Origin: Candidatus Latescibacterota bacterium
Lineage (GTDB): Bacteria > Latescibacterota > UBA2968 > GCA-2709665
Assembly (NCBI GenBank): GCA_965116875.1
Contig: OZ220733.1
Span: forward strand, 3,328,001 to 3,392,000
Length of the DNA: 64,000 nucleotides
Direction of reading: 5' to 3'
The stretch's first letter is position 1. Every line of letters begins with the position of its first letter. Made by a program: the position numbers and the translations under genes. Below the pieces are notes generated by a model. That model was not told the origin of the DNA and did not search any database. It saw nothing but the letters and a program-made list of their open reading frames with translations. Positions 1 to 8,619 of this stretch are shown here, piece after piece.

Positions 1-1134
1 GCGCCCGGAGGACCGCAGACGGCGCTTGCCAGGGAGTCCAACCTGGACATGGTCGCCCACAAGCTGGGGATCGACCCGGTGGAGATCCGTTTGAAGAACG
101 GGCTTGGCAAGGGCGATCAGCCGCTCATACAGCACGACTGGTTGATAGACACCATCCGGAAAACCGCGGAAGCCGCAGAATGGGGCCGCCGGGAACTGAA
201 ACCCAACCAGGGCATGGGTATCGCCGTGGGGGACTGGCACAACGCCGCTGGCCCAACCAACGCGTTCGTGACGATGTCGGCGGATGGATCTGTGGCCCTC
301 GTGACCGGGCAGGTGGACATCACCGGCCTGCATACGGTGATGGCGCAGGTTGCGGCCGAGGAACTGGGCGTGCCCGTGGAACAGGTGACGGTGCGGCTGG
401 GAGATACGGACACGGCGCCCTATGCGTCGTTGAGCGCGGGAAGCAAGGCGGCCTATTCCGCCGGTACGGCTGCTCGCGAGGCTGCCCGCGAGGCCAGGGA
501 TCAGCTGTTGCGGATGGCATCGGAAAAGCTGGAAGCCGCCGTGGACGACCTGGTCATCGCCGACCGGCAGGTGCAAATCGTGGGTTCTCCGGACCATGCC
601 ATCGGCCTGGGCGAACTGGCCGCCGAGGCGATCGAGTCCAGCGGCGCCGTCAACGGCCGGTGCGTCCTGAGCAGCATACCCACCTATCCCTCCTATTCGG
701 TGAACGTCGCCACCGTCGAGGTGGACCCGGGCACGGGGCAGGTGAGGCTGCTCGATCTGGTCGCAGGCCAGGACGTGGGCCGCGCGCTCAATCCCCTGCT
801 CGTGGAGGGCCAGATGCAGGGCGGCGCCATTCAGTCGATCGGATTCGGCCTGATGGAAGGGTACCGGTACGACGAGAAAGGCGGGATGCTGAATCCCAAT
901 CTGCTGGACTACGCGATCCCCACGGCGCTGGACGTGCCGAACATCCGGACGGTGATGGTCGAGGACCCGTGCGAGCACGGACCGTACGGGGGCAAGGGCG
1001 TGGGTGAGCCGCCCATCATTCCGGGCGGCGCGGCGGTGGCAAACGCGATCTACGATGCGGTGGGCGCCCGGGTCCGGGAACTGCCCATGACGCCGGAGCG
1101 GGTGGCTGCGGCGTTGCGTGAAGCCGACAATTGA
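1..1134 (+). CDS. Xanthine dehydrogenase/CoxL-family molybdopterin-binding subunit (5'-truncated by window edge)
   Basis: Frame is open from base 1 (APGGPQ...). Motifs DVGRALNPLLVEGQMQGG, NPNLLDY and GKGVGEPP. Followed by FAD and Fe-S subunits. Confidence 0.93.
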   Translation, partial: APGGPQTALARESNLDMVAHKLGIDPVEIRLKNGLGKGDQPLIQHDWLIDTIRKTAEAAEWGRRELKPNQGMGIAVGDWHNAAGPTNAFVTMSADGSVALVTGQVDITGLHTVMAQVAAEELGVPVEQVTVRLGDTDTAPYASLSAGSKAAYSAGTAAREAAREARDQLLRMASEKLEAAVDDLVIADRQVQIVGSPDHAIGLGELAAEAIESSGAVNGRCVLSSIPTYPSYSVNVATVEVDPGTGQVRLLDLVAGQDVGRALNPLLVEGQMQGGAIQSIGFGLMEGYRYDEKGGMLNPNLLDYAIPTALDVPNIRTVMVEDPCEHGPYGGKGVGEPPIIPGGAAVANAIYDAVGARVRELPMTPERVAAALREADN

Positions 1135-1158
1135 CCGGTCGTTAAGGAGGTTTGGGTT

Positions 1159-2055
1159 GTGAATCGTTTCGAGTATTTCGCGCCTGAAACCGTCCGGGAG
1201 GCGGCGGAGGTGCTGCAGGCCCACCCCCGGGCGAGGGTGCTGGCCGGAGGGACCGACCTGCTCGTACAGATGAAGGAACGGGCGCGGACTCCCGACACGC
1301 TGGTGGACGTCAGAAGGATTCCGGGCGTGGATGAACTCCGCTTCGACCGAAAGACCGGGCTGACGATCGGGGCGGCCGTGACCATGCGCCAGGTGGAACT
1401 CATGCCGGCCGCGCAGTCGCACTATCCGGGACTGGCCGATGGCGCCCGCGTGGTGGGTTCCTTCCAGATCAGAAACCTCGCCACGATCGTTGGCAATATC
1501 TGCAATGCGGCGCCATCCGCGGATGCGGCGCCGGGATTGATCGTGCATGGCGCGAAGGTGAAAATCGCCGGTCCGAACGGACGGCGGACGATGCTCGTGG
1601 AGAATTTCATGACCGGTCCCGGCAGGACCGTGCTCGAGGTGGGCGAGTTCGTGACCGGCATTCAGGTTCCCATCCCGCCTCCGCGAACCGGGTCCGCCTA
1701 TGTTCGGCATACGCCCCGGGGCGCGATGGATATCGCGATGGTGGGTGTGGGCGCTGCCGTGACGCTGGCGCCGCGTACTCGCGCCTGTCAGGACGCACGT
1801 ATCGTCCTGGGCGCCGTGGCGCCAACACCTCTGCGGGCGAAGGCTGCAGAGCGAATGCTGAAGGGACAGCGGCTCACCGAGGGGCTGGTCGCGGACGCAG
1901 CGGACGTGGCCGCGACGGAAGCCCGGCCGATCAGCGACGTTCGCGGCTCGGCGGATTTCCGGCGCGAGATGGTGCGGGTGATGACGGGGCGGATGGTGAG
2001 TGCGGCGTTCGGGAACGCGCAGGAACGGTCGAGCAACAAAAGGAGGGCGGCGTGA
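1159..2055 (+). CDS. FAD-binding (CoxM/XdhB-type) subunit of molybdenum hydroxylase
   Basis: AGGTDL, QIRNLATIVGNICNAAPSAD, PISDVRGS; AAGGAGG RBS before GTG. Confidence 0.93.
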   Translation: MNRFEYFAPETVREAAEVLQAHPRARVLAGGTDLLVQMKERARTPDTLVDVRRIPGVDELRFDRKTGLTIGAAVTMRQVELMPAAQSHYPGLADGARVVGSFQIRNLATIVGNICNAAPSADAAPGLIVHGAKVKIAGPNGRRTMLVENFMTGPGRTVLEVGEFVTGIQVPIPPPRTGSAYVRHTPRGAMDIAMVGVGAAVTLAPRTRACQDARIVLGAVAPTPLRAKAAERMLKGQRLTEGLVADAADVAATEARPISDVRGSADFRREMVRVMTGRMVSAAFGNAQERSSNKRRAA

Positions 2056-2549
2056 ACCACCAGATCAAACTGAACGTAAACGGCACGGTTCATGACCTTT
2101 CTCTCGAACCGCGCAAGACGCTGCTGGCCGTATTGAGGGATCGACTTGGACTGACCGGCACCAAGGAGGGATGCTCCACCGGCGATTGCGGCGCATGCAC
2201 GGTGCTGATTGACGGCGAGCCCGTCACGTCCTGCCTGGTGCTTGCCGTTGCCGCCGCGGGACGCGAAGTAACGACCGTGGAGGGCGTGGCGGACGTTGAC
2301 GCGCTTCATCCGGTTCAGGAGGCCATGGTCAGTATGGGTGGGCTGCAGTGCGGTTTCTGCACGCCGGGATTCATCGTCTCCTCCTACGGCCTTCTCCAGA
2401 AGAACGCCGCGCCTTCGGAGGACGAAATCCGGCGCGCGCTTGCCGGCAATCTCTGTCGCTGCACGGGGTATACGAAGATCGTGGAGGCCGTACAGGAGGC
2501 CGCGAGGCGAATGGATGGAAAGAAGGGCGGAAAACGGGCGGCCGCGTAA
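2052..2549 (+). CDS. (2Fe-2S)-binding (CoxS-type) subunit
   Basis: GCxxGxCGACTV, QCGFCTPG, GNLCRCTGY; GTGA overlap with the upstream gene. Confidence 0.95.
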   Translation: MNHQIKLNVNGTVHDLSLEPRKTLLAVLRDRLGLTGTKEGCSTGDCGACTVLIDGEPVTSCLVLAVAAAGREVTTVEGVADVDALHPVQEAMVSMGGLQCGFCTPGFIVSSYGLLQKNAAPSEDEIRRALAGNLCRCTGYTKIVEAVQEAARRMDGKKGGKRAAA

Positions 2550-2732
2550 ATCGGCGGATTCAACAGATGAATTGAGTTTCACCGAATACGCCGTGTCGAA
2601 TGACGCGGCGTTGTTCGGTTTCGGGAGGAGAACGGAGCGCGAGGCATATCGGCAAGATATCCATTTCCCAGATATGTCGATCATGCGGAACGGCTCTTCA
2701 AGCTGAATCGAAACAGGAGGGTTGAAAGTACA

Positions 2733-3752
2733 ATGGCGAGGTTCAAGGCAGGCATCATCGGATGCGGGGGCAGGGGCCGTGGGCATGCGCAGGGGTATGC
2801 CGCATCGTCCGAAGTCGAAATCGCAGCGTGTGCGGATCCGGTGGAGGAGGCACGGGCGAACCTGGCGGAACAGTTCGAGGTTTCGCGGACGTACGGGGAC
2901 TACCGGGAGATGTTGGACCGGGAGGACCTTGATTTCGTCAGTGTGTGTACCTGGATCGGGATGCATCGGGAGATGGTCGTGGCGGCGGCCGAGAGCGGCG
3001 CGCGGGCCATCCATGCGGAGAAGCCCATGGCGCCCACGTGGGGCGATGCAAAGGCGATGTACCGGGCGTGCGTCGACCGCGACGTCACAATCACGTTCTG
3101 TCACCAGAGGCGATTCGAGGAACCGTTCAAAATGGCAAGATCCCTCGCGCGGGACGGGGCGATCGGCCGGCTGGTGCGTGTTGAGGGCGCGTGTCCCAAT
3201 CTGCTGGACTGGGGCACGCACTGGTTTGACATGTTTTTCTTCTACAATGACGACGCGCCCGCCGAGTGGGTGTTGGGACAGATCGACGCGTCGGAAGAGC
3301 GGGAAGTCTTCGGTGTTGAGGTTGAGGCGGGCGGTCTTGCGTGGGTGCGCTGGCGCAATGGGCTGGAAGGCTTGCTCGCCACGGGCGACGCGGCCCTGAG
3401 CGGTGTCGCGAACCGGCTGATCGGCACGGACGGAGTCATCGAGGTGATTGGAGGGCGAGACAACGTCCCGATCCGGGTTATGCGCTCCGGCTCGAACTGG
3501 GAGGTGCCTGAACTGCCGGGGCCCCAGGTGAATCCGACCGTTCTCTCCGTGCTGGATCTCATCGATTGCGTCAAAACGGGGCGCGAACCGGTGTTGAGCG
3601 GCCGGAAGGCGCTGCAGGCGACGGAGCTGATCTTTGCGACCTACGAGTCCAGCCGCCGCCGAGGCAGGGTGGACCTGCCCCTGGACGTCGACGATTCGGC
3701 GCTGTTGACGATGTTGCATGACGGGGCGATCGGTCCGGACAGAACCGGGTGA
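2733..3752 (+). CDS. Gfo/Idh/MocA family oxidoreductase
   Basis: N-terminal GIIGCG Rossmann motif, EKPMA, DWGTH. Confidence 0.9.
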   Translation: MARFKAGIIGCGGRGRGHAQGYAASSEVEIAACADPVEEARANLAEQFEVSRTYGDYREMLDREDLDFVSVCTWIGMHREMVVAAAESGARAIHAEKPMAPTWGDAKAMYRACVDRDVTITFCHQRRFEEPFKMARSLARDGAIGRLVRVEGACPNLLDWGTHWFDMFFFYNDDAPAEWVLGQIDASEEREVFGVEVEAGGLAWVRWRNGLEGLLATGDAALSGVANRLIGTDGVIEVIGGRDNVPIRVMRSGSNWEVPELPGPQVNPTVLSVLDLIDCVKTGREPVLSGRKALQATELIFATYESSRRRGRVDLPLDVDDSALLTMLHDGAIGPDRTG

Positions 3753-3823
3753 CTTGACATGGGCGGGGCGGGTTGGCGGTTCCTGATGACATTTAATCGA
3801 CGCCATCAGACAGAAAGGCAATC

Positions 3824-4111
3824 ATGCTACCGGAAAATCGCATCCCAACGCATCCAGGGGAGGTTCTCCTTGAAGAATTCCTTAAACCCATGGATATGAC
3901 CCAGGTGGCGTTCGCAAGTCACATCCAGGTTCCGCTTCAGAGGGTTAATGAAATCGTGAATGGAAAGCGCGGAATAACACCGGAGACCGCGTGGCTGTTT
4001 TCACAAGCGCTGGGAACAACGCCGGAGTTATGGCTGAACCTTCAACGAAATCATGATCTGGCCAGAAGCCGGCCCAACCGGAAGATCCGGAAGCTTCGCG
4101 CGACGGGATAA
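3824..4111 (+). CDS. higA: HigA-family antitoxin (HTH-XRE), no intact toxin adjacent
   Basis: PTHPGEVLLEEFLKP...VNEIVNGKRGITPETA...WLNLQ signature. Confidence 0.9.
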   Translation: MLPENRIPTHPGEVLLEEFLKPMDMTQVAFASHIQVPLQRVNEIVNGKRGITPETAWLFSQALGTTPELWLNLQRNHDLARSRPNRKIRKLRATG

Positions 4112-4135
4112 ATGCAGGTTCACAAGGAGGATGTC

Positions 4136-4777
4136 GTGAGTTTTCAGGTGTATGACTATCGCAACGACATAGGTAACATGCTCGTCACGCCCTGGATCCG
4201 GTCCCGTTTCCTGCGGATGGAGCCGGGAGCGTCCGCGGACCTGCACAGCCACGACCTGGGCCACGAGATCTTTCTCGTACTCGCCGGCCGGGCCGAGTTT
4301 ACGATCGACGGCGGTATTCGGGAGGTGGGTCCCGGGCAACTGTGCATCGCGCTGGCGGATGAGATCCACTCGGTGCGGACCGTGGGCGTTGAACCGATGA
4401 CGATGTACCTGTCCGTCACGCCGCACATCCAGCCCACGCATACCGGGAGGACCGCGGACGGCGAACGGATGCCCACACGCTTCGCGCCGTCGCGTTCGTA
4501 CGACGTGGCGCCGGATGACGCGACATCGATGGCGGAGGTCGTCGGCGCCTGCCTCGAAACCTCCCGGGCCCTTGCGCGCGACACGGCGGCGCTCGCGAGT
4601 ATACATGAGGAAACCGCGGATCGACTTCTGGGTCGCAGCAGGGAGGACGCCGTCGAGGCCCGCAAGGCCGTGTGGGATGCGCTTTGCAGGGTGTACCGGC
4701 GGGCCTACGACCTTGCGGACGGATGGAACGCGCTGGCGGACCGGGTTGAACGGTTGCCGGAAGGCAGGGAAGGATAA
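4136..4777 (+). CDS. Cupin-domain protein with C-terminal helical extension
   Basis: HSHDLGHEIF and ADEIHSV cupin motifs; AGGAGG precedes GTG at 4136. Confidence 0.8.
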   Translation: MSFQVYDYRNDIGNMLVTPWIRSRFLRMEPGASADLHSHDLGHEIFLVLAGRAEFTIDGGIREVGPGQLCIALADEIHSVRTVGVEPMTMYLSVTPHIQPTHTGRTADGERMPTRFAPSRSYDVAPDDATSMAEVVGACLETSRALARDTAALASIHEETADRLLGRSREDAVEARKAVWDALCRVYRRAYDLADGWNALADRVERLPEGREG

Positions 4778-4782
4778 ACCCG

Positions 4783-5874
4783 ATGGCTCCCGTCAAGTTG
4801 GGCGTGGTGGGATGCGGAGCAATTGCACAGGTACAGCACCTGCCGAATCTGGCCGGACTGACCGAAGAGTTCGAGGTCACGGCCGTCTGCGATCTGTCGC
4901 CCGGACTGGCTCGCTGGGCCGCGAAGACGTTCCACGTACCCGCACGGTTTACGGATTTTCGCCGGCTCGTCAGATCGGACGACGTGGAGGCGGTGCTCCT
5001 CTGCCACTCAGACCCGAAGACAGATGCTGCCGTGGCCGCACTGGGCGCGGGAAAGCACGTGCTCATCGAAAAGCCGGTCTGCTTTTCGCTACGTGAGGCG
5101 GATGCGATCGCCGGCGCCGCCGGGCGGGCCGGTGTGGTTGCCCAGGCAGGTTACATGAAAGTGTACGATCCGGCGTTCGAGACCGCAAAAGCCGAAGTGG
5201 ACGAAATGGACGACATTCGCTTCGTTCAGGTGAATCATCTGCATCCGGACAACCGGCTTCATCTGCGCCAGTTCAGGTTGAAACGGTTCGACGATCTGCC
5301 GTCGGGTCCCGTGTCAGAGACGCATGCAGCCAGGAAAGCGGCGGTACTGGAAGCGATCGGCGAAGCGCCCGATGACGCGGTCCGCACGTTTCATACGCTG
5401 TCGGGAAGCATGATCCACGATCTCTACTGTCTTCGCACGATGCTGGGGATGCCCGAGTCGGTTGTCAGTACGGAGGTGTGGAACGAGGGACGTTCGATTT
5501 CGACCGTATTGTCATACAGCAACGGCGCGCGTTGCGTCGCGTCCTGGGTCGACCTGCCCGATCTCTGGGACTTTAAGGAGACGCTGGAAGTGTACGGCTG
5601 CGACCGGCGGGTACTGGTTTCGTATCCTACCGGATTCGCGCGCGGCATTCTGTCCACCGTTGTCCTTCATGAGATCCATGAAACCGGGGAGACGTCAACC
5701 CGGCGGCCGGCGGTGGCGTGGGAGAGCCCCTTTGTGCGAGAACTGCGTCACTTTCACGCGTGCATTACAGGACAGGAAGCATGTCGGACACCCGTAGTGG
5801 ACGCGCGGGAGGATATCAGGTTGATTATCGACGTTACACGTTCCTATATGGAGCGCGGGCCGAAATCAGTTTAG
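4783..5874 (+). CDS. Gfo/Idh/MocA family oxidoreductase
   Basis: GVVGCGAIA, GKHVLIEKP. Confidence 0.9.
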   Translation: MAPVKLGVVGCGAIAQVQHLPNLAGLTEEFEVTAVCDLSPGLARWAAKTFHVPARFTDFRRLVRSDDVEAVLLCHSDPKTDAAVAALGAGKHVLIEKPVCFSLREADAIAGAAGRAGVVAQAGYMKVYDPAFETAKAEVDEMDDIRFVQVNHLHPDNRLHLRQFRLKRFDDLPSGPVSETHAARKAAVLEAIGEAPDDAVRTFHTLSGSMIHDLYCLRTMLGMPESVVSTEVWNEGRSISTVLSYSNGARCVASWVDLPDLWDFKETLEVYGCDRRVLVSYPTGFARGILSTVVLHEIHETGETSTRRPAVAWESPFVRELRHFHACITGQEACRTPVVDAREDIRLIIDVTRSYMERGPKSV

Positions 5875-5902
5875 CAGAAAGATGACAGCGAAAAAATGAA
5901 AC

Positions 5903-5935
5903 AGCCCGGGATGTTCTCCGGGCTTTCCTTTTTTT
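5903..5935. terminator. Probable bidirectional intrinsic terminator
   Basis: AGCCCGG/CCGGGCT stem flanked by an A-rich tract and a T-run, between convergent genes. Confidence 0.6.
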
Positions 5936-5964
5936 ACGAAACTTCAAATCGGACAAATCTCCTG

Positions 5965-6936
5965 CTAATTCGAACGGTCCGAAACCGGGTAAAGGGTCAG
6001 CCTGCCCTTCCTCCCCGCGCCTTCATCGGCGACGATCAGCGTGCCGTCCGCGGCAAAGGCAATGCCTTCCACCTGTCGATGCCATTTTGCCGGAAACTTC
6101 CTGACCGCAACGACCCGCCCGGTCGGCGTCATTTCCGCGATAGCCGCCTGGCGGGCTGCTACGACGTAATAATTCCCCGACACCGGATGCCGCTCGATTC
6201 CTGACGGCTGAAATTTCTTTCCTTTGATGTGCCGGGAGAATCGTTTGACCGGTATGACGATTCGTGCATCTTCATTCATCTGTTTTTTGTCTATTGACCA
6301 ATGATATAGCGCCAGTTGTCCCTGCAACTCCAGGCTGCGCGCTTCCTTGCACATCAGTACGAGTTCCCGCCGGGAATGGTCATACGCAAGACCCTCGATT
6401 TCGCAATCTCTGCCCACCCCCGTGGCGTAGACATTGAAGAGTACGGACTCCCCGCCATCTCCCTCTCGGCACTCGAACAGCCGTCCGTTGCTTGTGACCA
6501 GGAAGATCCTGTCGTCAGTTGCGGCGATGCCCTCGAAATCGCCGGGAGCCGGGTATTCTGTGTCTGAGAGCTGAAATGTCTTTACAATCGATCCTTCTCG
6601 ATAATCGATCTCGTAAATGATCGCCCGTTCGTCGTTGTGCGCGAGGAGACGATTGTCTCCCGTCATCGCCAATCCGGAGACCTCTTCGAGTTCCCTGGGA
6701 AGCTTCCAGTGCGTCGCGTGCTTCGGGTCCAGAGTAAAGTTCTCGAGAGAGATTCCCTGTTCCGATGCCGCAACCGCGCCCGCCGGAAACTGGCTGCCGG
6801 TTATACCAGAATCTGCGCCGGCAGGTCCGCCGACAAATTGAGCGGATGCATCCTCGCCCGATCCCATCGTCAACATGCAGAGAAGGACGCCGGGACCAAG
6901 ACGGTTGAGCCGAGATCTGGTGCTTATGGAATTCAT
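5965..6936 (-). CDS. SdiA-regulated (YjiK-like) beta-propeller protein, exported
   Basis: Signal-like N-terminus; repeated EVSGL/FEGIA/IEGLA/PSGIE/VEGIA blades; HNDE motif. Confidence 0.75.
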   Translation of the reverse strand: MNSISTRSRLNRLGPGVLLCMLTMGSGEDASAQFVGGPAGADSGITGSQFPAGAVAASEQGISLENFTLDPKHATHWKLPRELEEVSGLAMTGDNRLLAHNDERAIIYEIDYREGSIVKTFQLSDTEYPAPGDFEGIAATDDRIFLVTSNGRLFECREGDGGESVLFNVYATGVGRDCEIEGLAYDHSRRELVLMCKEARSLELQGQLALYHWSIDKKQMNEDARIVIPVKRFSRHIKGKKFQPSGIERHPVSGNYYVVAARQAAIAEMTPTGRVVAVRKFPAKWHRQVEGIAFAADGTLIVADEGAGRKGRLTLYPVSDRSN

Positions 6937-6962
6937 TTCAGAGTTTGGCGATTCGATCGGGC

Positions 6963-7100
6963 CGCGAACTACCAGTTCGCGTTACGGGAATCAGCGCGTC
7001 AGGCGGCCATGTCGTCGCGCGAACTACCAGTTCGCGTTACGGGAATCAGCGCGTCAGGCGGCCTTGTCGCGGCGTGAACTACCAGTTCGCGTTACGGGAA
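6963..7100. repeat. 55-bp tandem repeat (2.5 copies) with palindrome CGCGAACT-ACC-AGTTCGCG (REP-like)
   Basis: GAACTACCAGTTCGCGTTACGGGAA at 6966, 7021 and 7076; linkers nearly identical. Confidence 0.9.
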
Positions 7101-7220
7101 CGTGCGCCTGCCAGGACGGGCACCGCAATAGAGGGGAGCCTGGTCGCAGGTGCCGGCGGTGATCCTCCGTAGCTCTTTGCGGCGCGGGGTCATTTGTATT
7201 ATCTGAATCAAGATCAGTGG

Positions 7221-8159
7221 TTACAAGCTCTGGTCTGTCTCATCTTCCATTAATTCTACGTCCTTTATCTGCTTTTTCCCTCTCTTGCCCAGGTCCCTGA
7301 TAAGTGAGGAAAGGTCGACGGATTGACTTGAAGTAACCTCGTACACAACGACGACGGTCCCATCTTCATTCTCGATTATCTCGGACAAATTCCACTTGAT
7401 CGCGCTGTAATCAAGGGTAGGGGCTGCTGCCTTTTGCGCCGCATTGACGTTCGTTGCGTGCACGGCAATTCGGGATTCACGGGTATCTCCACTGGCCGTG
7501 TCCCCGGTTGCGGAGGACTCCGCGGGCTTTGTGGGTGAAACGATTCTCCAGCCGGAAAGGACTGGAGGGCGTGCTGCATAGTTGGTCTTCCACACGCTCA
7601 GTGTAATGGTTACGAAAGCCAACGATGCGATGTAAGCGACTGTTGTGAGCTGGGTGCCGGCGGCCAGCCCGATTCCTATAACCATAAACATGTAGACGGC
7701 GTCCATCGTTTCCTTGAGCGAGATCCGGAAACTGACGGCGGCCACGATGCCCGCCAGGCTGAACGCAAGCGCGAGGCTGCCCTTGACCAGGAAAACTACC
7801 AGCGAGATGGCGACGGGCATCACGAGCAGCGTGTGCGCAAAGGATTGGCTGTATTTCTTCAGTGGCCGCGTCCAGGCATAAACCCATGTGATCGGGAGCG
7901 TCACCGCGAAGGCAAGTACCAGAGCGACCACCACAGGAATTGTGTGCGCGGGATCGAGCAGGCGGTTGACGCCTTCCTTGATGTTTCCCAGTGGAATCGC
8001 TGAATCGGCGCCCGACCCGAGCGATTTTCCCACGAATATGCGTTCACGCTCCTGGGCGACGTAATAGAGGATTTCGGGGAAAATATGAAAAACCGTATTG
8101 AGAACCACTATCCAAGTAATATAGTAAATGGCCAGCCGTACGATGATGTTGTTAGACAC
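7221..8159 (-). CDS. DUF4956-domain membrane protein
   Basis: SLALAFSLAGIVAAVSFR..KETMDAVYMFMVIGIGLA motif, several TM segments; GGAGG RBS. Confidence 0.75.
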   Translation of the reverse strand: MSNNIIVRLAIYYITWIVVLNTVFHIFPEILYYVAQERERIFVGKSLGSGADSAIPLGNIKEGVNRLLDPAHTIPVVVALVLAFAVTLPITWVYAWTRPLKKYSQSFAHTLLVMPVAISLVVFLVKGSLALAFSLAGIVAAVSFRISLKETMDAVYMFMVIGIGLAAGTQLTTVAYIASLAFVTITLSVWKTNYAARPPVLSGWRIVSPTKPAESSATGDTASGDTRESRIAVHATNVNAAQKAAAPTLDYSAIKWNLSEIIENEDGTVVVVYEVTSSQSVDLSSLIRDLGKRGKKQIKDVELMEDETDQSL

Positions 8160-8211
8160 AGCATCCTCCTGCGTCAGCGTGCGTTGCGTCCCACTCCAGG
8201 AAATCGCAGAA

Positions 8212-8318
8212 TTAACCTTGATTCCTCATTTTTCGAGGACGTTAATTCGAATATGTGTCAGTAAAAAAGGCGATTTAATTGCTGATTACCAGGATACACC
8301 AGGACACTGTACGTGAAC
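8212..8318 (-). promoter_or_regulatory. Conserved ~107-bp upstream element, copy A
   Basis: Aligns by eye to 54459-54566 with one indel, and more weakly to 50728-50835. Confidence 0.75.
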
Positions 8319-8619
8319 GGAAAAAATGTCCTTCATGACGACCATTTCGGCCCGTTTCGAAAGGTTTCGTCGCGGTGCCGCGTTGCGGCTTTCGCGGAAT
8401 TGAGGTTAACCGCCGCTCTGGAGGATCAATCTCCAGGTTGTGGCGCGGCCGATCGATTCGTACTTCTCGCAGTGGTTGTCAGAATCCGTTTGGATACTGA
8501 CGATGAGATTCGGCACGAACCCGGATAGACCGCTTGAGGACAATATACATTGATCTCAGTGAATCGTTACGGTTAAATTGCGTGGCGTTAGGGCCGTACC
8601 AATGTTACCGGGGATGCTT

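Noticed and set aside
1-2549. Form I aerobic CO dehydrogenase
   Set aside because: Gene order is L-M-S, there are no cox accessory genes, and the diagnostic active-site motif is cut by the window edge; the substrate cannot be assigned.
1788-3821. 677-aa minus-strand ORF and the many other overlapping ORFs in the track
   Set aside because: These are antisense or frame shadows of well-supported genes in GC-rich DNA, with no recognisable motifs.
6963-7100. Mini CRISPR array
   Set aside because: The two ~30-nt 'spacers' are nearly identical to each other, and no cas genes or leader are present.
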